This document shows, piece after piece, positions 26,461-34,910 of a stretch of DNA of 36,514 nt. The stretch covers positions 1 through 36,514 of the IMG/VR virus record IMGVR_UViG_3300008448_000285; one strand, given 5' to 3'. This DNA comes from a virus (Duplodnaviria; Caudoviricetes). Position 1 is the stretch's first letter; each line of letters starts with the position of its first letter. The translations under genes and the position numbers were made by a program. The notes beneath the pieces were generated by a model. That model did not search any database, had not been told where the DNA came from, and worked only from the letters and a program-made list of their open reading frames with translations.

Positions 26461-26826
26461 TTACATCGAGCCGCCGTAATCGCCCGTGTCCATTGCGCCA
26501 GTCGTGTTGGTCATACCGGCACGGCGACGGCGCAATTCTTCCTGCATCTGCTTCAAAGCAGCCCGCTGGCGCTCGTTCATGTTGGTCATGGCAGAGTTTT
26601 GTGCCTTCTGTCCCTGACCTGCCATGTACCCCTGCCCCAACTGCGCCGCGTACTGCGTAAATGACGGCGGCACATAGTGCTTGCCAATCATCTGCCCCTG
26701 CGGCGTTTCCATTGACTGACCACGCAACGCGTCAATCTGCTTTTGCTTGCGCATCATTTCCACCTCTTCAGGACGCATGGCGCCCATCTGCAAGAGGTAC
26801 TCAAACATCATTTCGTCTTGATTCAT
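26461..26826 (-). CDS. Small internal virion protein
   Basis: Gln/Met-rich; GQMIGKHYVPPS motif. Confidence 0.55.
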   Translation of the reverse strand: MNQDEMMFEYLLQMGAMRPEEVEMMRKQKQIDALRGQSMETPQGQMIGKHYVPPSFTQYAAQLGQGYMAGQGQKAQNSAMTNMNERQRAALKQMQEELRRRRAGMTNTTGAMDTGDYGGSM

Positions 26827-26829
26827 GGC

Positions 26830-27969
26830 TTACCTTCCAAATCCAAACAAGCCAACAGGGTTGCCAAGCGCGGCGCTACCCAACGAGAACAAACCGCCCA
26901 TCATGTTGGCCGCACCCGCCTGCTGCGCGTTGTACGCACCCAGCGCCGCGTCATAGCCCATCTGCGTGGCACCCAAGATGTTGGGCGTCTCTGACCGCTG
27001 CGCAGACACAAACGATGGCATCTGAGGCATAGCAACCTGCTGACCAGACAGCAGCGCGTTCATCTCGTTCAACGACATGCCACGGCGCTGCATCTGCTCG
27101 GCAATCGCCTGCTGGCGCAACCGGTTCTGCTGGTCGGCAAAGTTCTGATTCAGGCCCTGCTGCTGCGACAGCGCGGCGTTCATCGCGCCCATGCGCTGCA
27201 TGTCCAACGCGCCTGCCTGGCCGAGTGCCTGATTGCCAAACTGACCGCCTTGCAGGTCTTCGCTAAAGGCTTGCTGACGCGAGCCCATGCCCATGTTGAA
27301 CAGACGCTGAGCCTCGTTGCCAGCCGTGTCCAGAGCGTTGTAACGCTCTGCTGCTTGGCGCCCCTGCAGGTCAGCCAAGGCTCGCGTGTAGCCCTCAGTG
27401 CCTACCGTGAAGCCCTGATTTGCCAACTGCGTCTCGAGCTGCTGCTGCTGGCGCTCATGCACAGGCTGCATACGCTCCATGAGCGAGTTGGCAACCGTGT
27501 CGCGGTAGCTTGAGTCAAACTGCGGCAGCGCAGGATTGTCCTGCGTTTGCAAAGACGTTTGCAAGCCTGGCGCGTAGTCGCCAAGCTGCGTCAGCAGCTT
27601 TGTGTCTTTGTCCAAGCCCGCCATCTTTGGCAGGCTTTGCCAGTCAAAAGGACGCGAGTATTCCTGCTCAACGCGGCCCATGAAATCAGATGCAAGCTGG
27701 CTGCGATCATTCTGCAAGCCAATCTGAGCACCTAGAGCCTGCTGGAGTTCTGGCGCAAGCGTGTTGTTTTGCGTCCAAGACGTAACAGTCTGACCAGTCG
27801 CAGGGTCAACCTGACTAGACGTCTGCCAAGATTGCGAACCAAACGGCGTGTTGATTGTCGGGCGATTCGCAAAGTTCTGAATGTTGGTCAGCTCTTTGGA
27901 AGCTGCAGCCTGCTGTTGCGCAGCGCCGACATAGTCCGGCGCGGCTGGCGCTCTACCTTTACCGCCCAT
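26830..27969 (-). CDS. DNA ejection/pilot protein
   Basis: MGGKGRAPAAPDY start, NTPFGS, Gln-rich body, Gly-rich hydrophobic C-terminus. Confidence 0.65.
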   Translation of the reverse strand: MGGKGRAPAAPDYVGAAQQQAAASKELTNIQNFANRPTINTPFGSQSWQTSSQVDPATGQTVTSWTQNNTLAPELQQALGAQIGLQNDRSQLASDFMGRVEQEYSRPFDWQSLPKMAGLDKDTKLLTQLGDYAPGLQTSLQTQDNPALPQFDSSYRDTVANSLMERMQPVHERQQQQLETQLANQGFTVGTEGYTRALADLQGRQAAERYNALDTAGNEAQRLFNMGMGSRQQAFSEDLQGGQFGNQALGQAGALDMQRMGAMNAALSQQQGLNQNFADQQNRLRQQAIAEQMQRRGMSLNEMNALLSGQQVAMPQMPSFVSAQRSETPNILGATQMGYDAALGAYNAQQAGAANMMGGLFSLGSAALGNPVGLFGFGR

Positions 27970-28375
27970 CTTTAGCTCCTTTTAGCCAACGGCAATCTTC
28001 AACTTTCATCTCAAACATCACGCAGTCGATTGTCTGCGCGATCTCCTTAAATCCCAACTTCCGATTCATGCTCAGCGCCTCTTCTAGGTGCTTGGGCGTT
28101 AAGCCATACACGGCACTCTTGCCGCATGTGATGAACGGGTACTCAAACGCCGCCCGCCACAACGAACGCGTAAGCGCGTGCTCATGGTCAAAAGCAACGT
28201 GCATCCAGCACGTTTGTTCAGTCCACGCGTTGTAACCAACAGCACAAGCAATCGTCCCATCATCACGCATTGAGGCAATGCACCGCAGATCACTCGACCA
28301 AGGCAGGCGCGTCTGCCTGTTCATCCATTCCCAGATGACAGGCAGCTGGCCTGGTTGGTCGGTGACTAGCCTCAT
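27959..28375 (-). CDS. GNAT-fold tail assembly protein
   Basis: AAFEYPF...ALSMNRKLGFK...CRWL; typical position after the nozzle. Confidence 0.7.
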   Translation of the reverse strand: MRLVTDQPGQLPVIWEWMNRQTRLPWSSDLRCIASMRDDGTIACAVGYNAWTEQTCWMHVAFDHEHALTRSLWRAAFEYPFITCGKSAVYGLTPKHLEEALSMNRKLGFKEIAQTIDCVMFEMKVEDCRWLKGAKDGR

Positions 28376-29508
28376 CTCTCTTGCAAGTAAGGATCATCCA
28401 TCAAGAGCTGATCCCAGTAATCATTACCAGTCAGCAACTGCTGACTCAGCATGTCAAACAAGGCCATCTCATCAAGATCGCGCTGCGTCAGACCTTGTGT
28501 TGCAGTGTCTACCGCAACAGATGGCTGCACAGTGTCTTCCGCAACTGCTGCTGGAAGTGTGCTTGTGATGTCCGTGTTGAGCAGAGCTGCGTAGTCCTCA
28601 AGCTCAGTCAAAGGATCAATCTGCGTTACCGAATTGGCATCACGGATTGTGTTGATCGTTGATGCATCTTCCTGCACAGGAGCATCAACAGTGGGCAGCG
28701 TGCTCGTTATGTCCGTGTTGAGCAGGTCAACATACGAAGACAGCTCATCCAAAGGATTGACAGCCGTGACGTCTGAAGCATTGTTCAACGCATCGCGTGC
28801 TGCTTTGTACGCGTCAGTAACTCCTGTCTTAACCTCAATTTCGCCTGTCGGTATGTCATAAACAGTTGGATCAGGATCGGCCTCTAATACAGGTGGATCA
28901 GGATCGGCCTCTAATACAGGTGGATCAGGATCGGCCTCTAATACAGGTGGATCATAATCCGCTGTTGATCTAGGCGGGCGCGGCGCAGGCGATGGCGGCA
29001 CAGGCGGAGGAGCACTAACATCTGCTTCCAATGGCGGAAGGTCAACGATGTCAATAACTTTGGGTTCATCTACTGCAATAGCATCGGCCACCGGGCCTGG
29101 ATCAGCAGGGTCCGGTTCAGCCTCAAAAACACGATCATCAAACAGGTCATCTGTGTAATCCGGAACATCCGGAGCATCTGGTTCAATAGGTGAAGTTTTA
29201 GGCTGAACAAACGGCGGCAATTGCCGTGGCGGCGCGGGCGCAATAGGCGTAGGAGCAACAGGCGCTAGCGCGGGAGGGTTCGGAGCAGGCGCAGGTGGAG
29301 GCGCAGGAGCAGGCAACTGCGGACCAATATTCAGGCCAGGCGGCAACGGAGGCGGCACATACACAGGCCGCACACGCGGCGTGTAAACGCTGTTCTCAGG
29401 GTTGTCGTAGAACTTCAGCGTAGACGCTTGGCCCTGCATCGGCGTAGCGCCGCGCAAAGCCATGATCAACGCATCGGCTGGGGCCCCAGTGGCCGGTGCT
29501 GTTGCCAT
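28372..29508 (-). CDS. Pro-rich acidic, probably disordered repeat protein (378 aa)
   Basis: ATG 29508 coupled (TAATG) to nozzle stop and ATGA-coupled to the GNAT gene; Pro tracts and DPPVLEADP x3. Confidence 0.7.
   Translation of the reverse strand: MATAPATGAPADALIMALRGATPMQGQASTLKFYDNPENSVYTPRVRPVYVPPPLPPGLNIGPQLPAPAPPPAPAPNPPALAPVAPTPIAPAPPRQLPPFVQPKTSPIEPDAPDVPDYTDDLFDDRVFEAEPDPADPGPVADAIAVDEPKVIDIVDLPPLEADVSAPPPVPPSPAPRPPRSTADYDPPVLEADPDPPVLEADPDPPVLEADPDPTVYDIPTGEIEVKTGVTDAYKAARDALNNASDVTAVNPLDELSSYVDLLNTDITSTLPTVDAPVQEDASTINTIRDANSVTQIDPLTELEDYAALLNTDITSTLPAAVAEDTVQPSVAVDTATQGLTQRDLDEMALFDMLSQQLLTGNDYWDQLLMDDPYLQER
28867..28954. repeat. Perfect 27-bp tandem repeat (3 full copies plus 7 bp)
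   Basis: TGGATCAGGATCGGCCTCTAATACAGG at 28867, 28894, 28921. Confidence 0.95.
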
Positions 29509-31091
29509 TACATCATTCCCCCAACATTGACCATCAGATGCGAAGACATGAACAGCGTCTGCGGGACGCCGCGCACCTTCATGCGAATTGAGCCGTAATA
29601 GCCAAGACCAGTCGCACCAACCCAAGACTCATAAGTGTCAGTTCCGCCAACCCACAAAGCAGCGTTCCACACCGCAGAATCCCAAAACGCCAACGCGTCT
29701 TGAGAGAACGCTGGAGAGCCTTCAACGCCAGTGAACTGATACTGAGTGTTAACGCGCAGCTTGACGCTTGGCGCTTCGGGTGCCACAAACACAGGACGCG
29801 CCAGACCAAAACGCTTGATCTGCCCAGGCGACTCAAATGATTGAAACGATGTCTGCACATCGCCTTCAATCGGGTCGCCGCCAGTGCCATCCAGCGCAAC
29901 CCCATCTCGCTTGCCATACAAACCGTGGCAGACAACCTCACCAGTGCAGAAGTACAACTCACCATCCCAAATGGCCGTCGCAAACATTGGCATGTTGCTG
30001 AACGTACACCACGCGCCCGTGGTGATGTTCATGGCGAACTGCTGATACACACCGTTTTGCGGCGGCAGCTTGATGACCAGAATGTCCTGCGACGGAACAA
30101 TAAAGATGTCCCAGCCTTCGACATTGCGCAGTTGACGCACCAACGGCGTCAGGACTGACTGAATCTTGCTGCTGACGCCATTGTTGGACTCAACAAACTG
30201 CCCGTTGACCAGTTTGCTGACGGGCACCAGACCCATCTCAGACAGGATCATCACATCACCGCCAAACGCGGTGAAGAAGCGACCGATGGTCGGCACAGGG
30301 CCAACGTACCAAGTGCCCTTGATGGCAAAAGTGGTCGCGCTGGCCGGGTCAGTACCAGTCCACACAGACAGGTCGCCTTGCGAGCCAACCACTACCAAGT
30401 GATCATCAATGCCAACGCCAGCGTCCAGCGTCCAACTGATCAAGCCGCAGATGTAGCCGCCATTGCGCAACTGCGAGCCCATGTTGAAAGGAGAAGTCGC
30501 GCCAGTCACAACATTGACGTTGTGCATGTAATAGATGTTGGCGCTGTTCTTGACGGTGAAGAAGACACGTTGCTTCCATACCATCACAGAACTCAAGCCA
30601 GATGTCGGCAGGCTTGACGGCGTGCGCTTGATCCAACCGCTTGCGTTTGAATAAGTCCAGTAGCCGCCACTCGCAGACACAGCCAGCAGAAAGTTGTCAG
30701 CGCCCGTCGAAAACATCGTGGTAGACCAGATGTCATCCGTGCTGCCAGTGGCAGATTGCGAGACAGCTACTGTGCCGTCAGTAATGTCATAGATGTTGCC
30801 GTTGGCAGCAGCAAACAGCTTGTCATCGCCATCCAACGCGCTGTAAGCAAAAACGGACTTTGGCTCATAGCCAATGGACTCCGTGAACACTTGATAGCCA
30901 TAGCGCAGTTCAACGCCGGTCTGGCGCGGAACCATGTTGTCCAGCACCACAGCGTCAATCGGTGACATGGCGCTGATGGGGTCACGCAGATTCAGTCCCC
31001 CAACAGGGGCAGGCACGTTGACCAACGATGACGTCTGCGTAGCCGCTGCCCTGCGCGGCGTCTTAAATGGGGCCAGGCCCTGCAAAGGCAT
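29508..31091 (-). CDS. Tail nozzle / packaged-DNA stabilisation protein (beta-propeller)
   Basis: PAPVGGLN.RD start, beta-rich 527 aa, after the adaptor. Confidence 0.75.
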   Translation of the reverse strand: MPLQGLAPFKTPRRAAATQTSSLVNVPAPVGGLNLRDPISAMSPIDAVVLDNMVPRQTGVELRYGYQVFTESIGYEPKSVFAYSALDGDDKLFAAANGNIYDITDGTVAVSQSATGSTDDIWSTTMFSTGADNFLLAVSASGGYWTYSNASGWIKRTPSSLPTSGLSSVMVWKQRVFFTVKNSANIYYMHNVNVVTGATSPFNMGSQLRNGGYICGLISWTLDAGVGIDDHLVVVGSQGDLSVWTGTDPASATTFAIKGTWYVGPVPTIGRFFTAFGGDVMILSEMGLVPVSKLVNGQFVESNNGVSSKIQSVLTPLVRQLRNVEGWDIFIVPSQDILVIKLPPQNGVYQQFAMNITTGAWCTFSNMPMFATAIWDGELYFCTGEVVCHGLYGKRDGVALDGTGGDPIEGDVQTSFQSFESPGQIKRFGLARPVFVAPEAPSVKLRVNTQYQFTGVEGSPAFSQDALAFWDSAVWNAALWVGGTDTYESWVGATGLGYYGSIRMKVRGVPQTLFMSSHLMVNVGGMM

Positions 31092-31092
31092 G

Positions 31093-31842
31093 TCAGGCTC
31101 CGTAGCCGGTGTCAGGCGTATTCGTCAGCGGTTGCAAGTATGGGAACGTGTAGTCCCGCACCATCGTCAGCACTGGTGCTCCTCGCTCGTTGCCCTTGCG
31201 ATTCTCCAAGTTCACTTGGAAGTCACGCATGGCCGCAGCGGAATCAAAGCCCTTCATCTCCAGCCACTTCACACGCGCCAAGAGTGTGACCAGATACGGG
31301 TCAATCAGGATGACGTCACCGTTCTTGGTGACGCGGTTCTTGTATAGCGTGGCGTTATCCGCATCGCGGACCCACGCTACCGACAAGTAGAAGAAAGTCA
31401 GGTCTTGCGCACTGTCAGGCGGCGCCAAGATGTAAATCTGGTTGTCGCGGACCTGCCAGTAAAAGGACAGCGTTGGCAGCGTGGTACGCACCAACAACTG
31501 CTGCCAAAACTGAGCACTAATTGGACCCAGCGCAGGCAACTGATTCGTCTCGTTCCACTGAGTCTGGTCAACAAACTCGTAGAAGTCATCCGGCAGCGCA
31601 AACGCCTTCTCCTTCTGCCCGCTCATGTCTGAGACGATGCTGATGGTGTAAGGCTTTGTCAGCTCCTGCCAATCGTGCATGGACAGGAGATCAACCCCAG
31701 CGAGGTTGACCGCCTGCACCATCTGCTGCACTGCCGGATCAGTCGATCCAGCGGCGTCTGCTGGGGTCGGATACCCCACCATAGACGCCATGTTCTGAAC
31801 AACGGCAAGCAGCGATGAGTCGTCTACAAGCTGGAATGCCAT
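31093..31842 (-). CDS. Head-tail adaptor protein
   Basis: HDWQEL...FALPDDF...P.TGYG; position between head genes and nozzle. Confidence 0.7.
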   Translation of the reverse strand: MAFQLVDDSSLLAVVQNMASMVGYPTPADAAGSTDPAVQQMVQAVNLAGVDLLSMHDWQELTKPYTISIVSDMSGQKEKAFALPDDFYEFVDQTQWNETNQLPALGPISAQFWQQLLVRTTLPTLSFYWQVRDNQIYILAPPDSAQDLTFFYLSVAWVRDADNATLYKNRVTKNGDVILIDPYLVTLLARVKWLEMKGFDSAAAMRDFQVNLENRKGNERGAPVLTMVRDYTFPYLQPLTNTPDTGYGA

Positions 31843-31857
31843 TGCTCAGTCCTTACG

Positions 31858-32460
31858 TTAGGCTTCTTCGGTAGCCGCAACCTTGCGCTGCTTGGTGTTA
31901 GCCATCAGCGCAGCCATCTGCGCCTTCAGCGTCTCAATCTCTTCATCACGCTTGGCAAGCTCAGCGTGCATCTTCTCGATAGGCGCGTTGCCTGCAGCCA
32001 CCTCAAGGAATGCCTTGGCCTTCTGCTTGTCCGAGTGGAAGCTCATGAACTTCTGACCCAGATTGTCATTGGCATCAGCCAACTGCTCAACCGTGACAAT
32101 CTTGAAGAACTTGTATTCCTCAATCTTCACCGGGTTCATGCCAGGCAGCGCGGTCAATGGCGTGCCAACAATCGCGTCGGCCTGACCAGACTTCCACTTG
32201 GCATAGCGGTCAGCAAAACGCTGCTTGTCCTGCTCAGTGGCAATGCGGTCAATGACGCTGGTCTTGTCACCAGGCACATGGATGCGAATGAAGTCGCGCT
32301 CTTCATAGATCGCACGCCCAGCGTCTTGGCTCTTGCCAGAGATCATCACGGGCTTGCGGTGAAACTCAACGTACAGCCGCGAATCCGCTGCAAAGCGGGA
32401 CTCATCAAGCCGAGGCAAGTTGCTGAAATCTTCAAACTGTGTAGGTGTGGTGGTTTGCAT
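31858..32460 (-). CDS. Conserved phage protein (SQDAGRAIYEER...GTPL...TVEQLA family)
   Basis: Recurrent post-capsid gene; TAAGGA RBS. Confidence 0.7.
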   Translation of the reverse strand: MQTTTPTQFEDFSNLPRLDESRFAADSRLYVEFHRKPVMISGKSQDAGRAIYEERDFIRIHVPGDKTSVIDRIATEQDKQRFADRYAKWKSGQADAIVGTPLTALPGMNPVKIEEYKFFKIVTVEQLADANDNLGQKFMSFHSDKQKAKAFLEVAAGNAPIEKMHAELAKRDEEIETLKAQMAALMANTKQRKVAATEEA

Positions 32461-32482
32461 TTTTTATCCTTATGAGAACGTG

Positions 32483-32514
32483 AAAAGGGGGCAGCAGTCG
32501 AAACTGCCACCCCC
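32483..32514 (-). terminator. Rho-independent terminator after the decoration gene
   Basis: GGGGGTGGCAGT-TTCG-ACTGCTGCCCCC-TTTT. Confidence 0.8.
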
Positions 32515-32522
32515 GCGTGCCA

Positions 32523-33029
32523 TTACAGCGTCCGGCCAACGGTCGGATACGAGAACATCGCATCCGCGTTAGTCGCTGCAGCGCCGCCCGTAGCGGTGCC
32601 CAGCACCAGACCATTGATGACTTCAGCGCCAGCGGTGGCATCGTCATCAACCGCGCCGCCAGTAGCGGTGCTGTTCAACTGGGTGCCCTTTGCAGCAGAA
32701 GCCAACGTGCGAACGCTGCCCTTGCCGTAAATCTGGAACCAGCCGTACTCGTTGTCAGCCATAACGGCCTGAGCAGCACCAGCGCGAGTGCCAGGGCCAG
32801 ACGCGCCAGGAGCGGTCGTGGTCGTGGTCGCCATGATGAAGTCAAAACCCGTCTCTTCGACGCACAGGTAGCCAGCACCCGTGACAGCGCCATCAGCGCG
32901 GCCATAGATGAACTCCTGATATCCGTTGGTGGGATCGTCGTAACCACCAACAGTACCGAGACGGAACGCGGGCACTGCGGTAGCCGCAGTGATTTGGTCT
33001 TTGCTAAGACCGATGACAGCTTGTGCCAT
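32523..33029 (-). CDS. Capsid decoration/cement protein
   Basis: Directly after the capsid gene; YGWFQIYG motif; AGGAG RBS. Confidence 0.65.
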   Translation of the reverse strand: MAQAVIGLSKDQITAATAVPAFRLGTVGGYDDPTNGYQEFIYGRADGAVTGAGYLCVEETGFDFIMATTTTTAPGASGPGTRAGAAQAVMADNEYGWFQIYGKGSVRTLASAAKGTQLNSTATGGAVDDDATAGAEVINGLVLGTATGGAAATNADAMFSYPTVGRTL

Positions 33030-33040
33030 TTGGAACTCCT

Positions 33041-33094
33041 AAAAAAAACCCTCGGGAAAGTGGGTCACACGATCCCGAGGGAAAGGTGACCCAC
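33041..33094 (-). terminator. Terminator with pseudoknot/antiterminator potential
   Basis: Two interleaved perfect 9-bp inverted repeats followed by an 8-T run. Confidence 0.75.
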
Positions 33095-33109
33095 CACAGG
33101 CCCACCAAA

Positions 33110-34087
33110 TCAGTTCTGCAGACGGCCCTGGAACTGAGCGCCAGAGCAGGTCAGGTTACCCGCCCAACCAATCACGGACACTTCCGCGTCCTGATTGATT
33201 GCATACCGCTTGTTAGGCGACAGAGCGACCATGTTCCGGTCGCGGTGGGGGCGCCACTTCAGGTACTTGGTGTTCAGGAAGAAACCAGTGCTCGACGGGC
33301 AGAAGCCGCCGATACCGCCGTCCAGAACCACATCGGCGTCCATGAACTTGATGGTCGGGAAGCCAAGGTTGGCGCTGTCAGGCGAGGTGAAGCGCTGGAT
33401 GGCCTGCAGAGAAGCCATGTAGTAGCCCCAATACACCGTATCCAGCACGATGAGGTCAGGACGATCATTGCCGCGAGTGCAAGATGCCCAGAGCGTGTTC
33501 ATCGCGTTCTGGATGGTCGTGGGACCAGGCGTGACAACAGCGGTGCTGAAGTCATACAGCTGCGAGCGCCAGAAGTTCCAAGTGCCACGGTCAATGCCAC
33601 CGTAGGTGCCACTGCCAGGAGACGAAGGAACAGCAGCGTTCAGGCCGGTGATTTCCTTGCCACCGCTGCCGGTGCCATCGGAGTACACAGACTGCGCCAG
33701 CTTGTTCATCATCGTGGACTCAGCCACGTTCAGACGCGCTTCCAGCAGGTCAATCAGGGCTTCCTTGCCGCTGTTCTGCAGCATCTCCAGACCGGAAATG
33801 ACCACAGGGCAGGCAAGCTGCTTGATCTGGAACTCAGCGGCGCTGATGACGTCCTGAGCCGCAACCGGCAGCAGGTCGTAACCGCTGTAGAAGCCAGCGT
33901 TTGCGTTCTCAGCAAACGACAGCTCTTCCAGAATCACATTGCCACCGCTGATGGTGCGGATGTTGCCGCGCTGGCCCAGACGGGCGAGAAGCGCGTTGTT
34001 CTTGGTTACGTTGTCCGCGATGGTGCGGGAACGGTTTTGAATGGTACTAGCAATTACGTCTGTGATTGACGTATTGGCAAAAGCCAT
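33110..34087 (-). CDS. Major capsid protein
   Basis: IADNVTKNNALL, YSGYD, ISGLE, YSDGTG, YGGIDR; AAGGAG RBS; follows the scaffold. Confidence 0.9.
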   Translation of the reverse strand: MAFANTSITDVIASTIQNRSRTIADNVTKNNALLARLGQRGNIRTISGGNVILEELSFAENANAGFYSGYDLLPVAAQDVISAAEFQIKQLACPVVISGLEMLQNSGKEALIDLLEARLNVAESTMMNKLAQSVYSDGTGSGGKEITGLNAAVPSSPGSGTYGGIDRGTWNFWRSQLYDFSTAVVTPGPTTIQNAMNTLWASCTRGNDRPDLIVLDTVYWGYYMASLQAIQRFTSPDSANLGFPTIKFMDADVVLDGGIGGFCPSSTGFFLNTKYLKWRPHRDRNMVALSPNKRYAINQDAEVSVIGWAGNLTCSGAQFQGRLQN

Positions 34088-34328
34088 GATGAAACTCCTT
34101 CATCTGAGAAATAAACGGGCTTACGCCCACCCTTTTTCAGATGCGCCTACGCGAACCTTTCAGTCCGTTTCGCCGTAGGTGGGCCGCTTTGCGCGGCTCC
34201 TAAGAGCTTCGGTGGCTGGGGTGCTTGGGCACACCAGAGGCACGCATGTAGCGTGCCCCACGGTTGCAATCATACAACACAATCTTGTGCTTGCAACATC
34301 GCGTTGTGTTTTCCGCGATAATGTCTCA

Positions 34329-34910
34329 ATGCCGAAAGCACCTTGTGAGACAAAAGTCTGCCCCGTTTGTAAAGTTGAAAAGAACCGTAGCGAGTACTAC
34401 AAAAAGTGCGACACCATTAGTCACAAGTGCAAGCCATGCTCACTTGCTGACTCAAAAGCTAGGGCGCACAACTACCTTGGTGTGTACCGCTCTTATCAAA
34501 ACGATTGGCGCCGCAACAAGTACAAAGAAGACCCAGCTTACAGGGAACGTATTGCCAATCAAAAAAAGACTATTTACGACAGACGCAAAGAAGAGCTAAA
34601 TGCAAAGCGCCGAGAGCGATGGGCCACAGACCCGTTGAACCCTGCTAAAAAGTACTACAGGCGTAAAGACGTCAAAGACAAGACGCCGCCTTGGGTAGAC
34701 CTAGATGAAGTGCTTGAGATTTACTCAAAATGCCCGCCAAGGCATCACGTTGACCACATCGTTCCGTTGCGTGGTGTGATAGATGGCAGGCCAGTCAGCG
34801 GGCTGCACGTTCCTTGGAACTTGCAATATTTGCCCGCTTCTGAAAACCTAAAAAAGAAGAACAAGATTACCGAGATGTCATTGCAAGCGCAGCCTCAATC
34901 GCGCTTCTGA
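34329..34910 (+). CDS. Free-standing HNH endonuclease, antisense to the late operon
   Basis: CPVC/CKPC Zn finger; HVDHIVPL...GLHVPWNLQ...EN; A-rich composition. Confidence 0.9.
   Translation: MPKAPCETKVCPVCKVEKNRSEYYKKCDTISHKCKPCSLADSKARAHNYLGVYRSYQNDWRRNKYKEDPAYRERIANQKKTIYDRRKEELNAKRRERWATDPLNPAKKYYRRKDVKDKTPPWVDLDEVLEIYSKCPPRHHVDHIVPLRGVIDGRPVSGLHVPWNLQYLPASENLKKKNKITEMSLQAQPQSRF

Noticed and set aside
28867-28954. CRISPR array
   Set aside because: Repeats are contiguous with no spacers and are in frame within a CDS.
33050-33125. Frameshift or read-through extension of the capsid protein via the pseudoknot
   Set aside because: No slippery heptamer before the stop, and in-frame read-through meets another TGA after 14 codons.
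33023-34069. Long antisense ORFs (348 aa here; also 3742-4470, 4600-5340 and similar)
   Set aside because: Shadow frames of strongly codon-biased genes in GC-rich DNA, with no RBS or recognisable motifs.
34095-34910. Group I intron or IscB/TnpB-type RNA-guided system
   Set aside because: Neither flanking gene is interrupted, no intron core was recognised, and the 193-aa HNH protein has no RuvC motifs or transposon ends.
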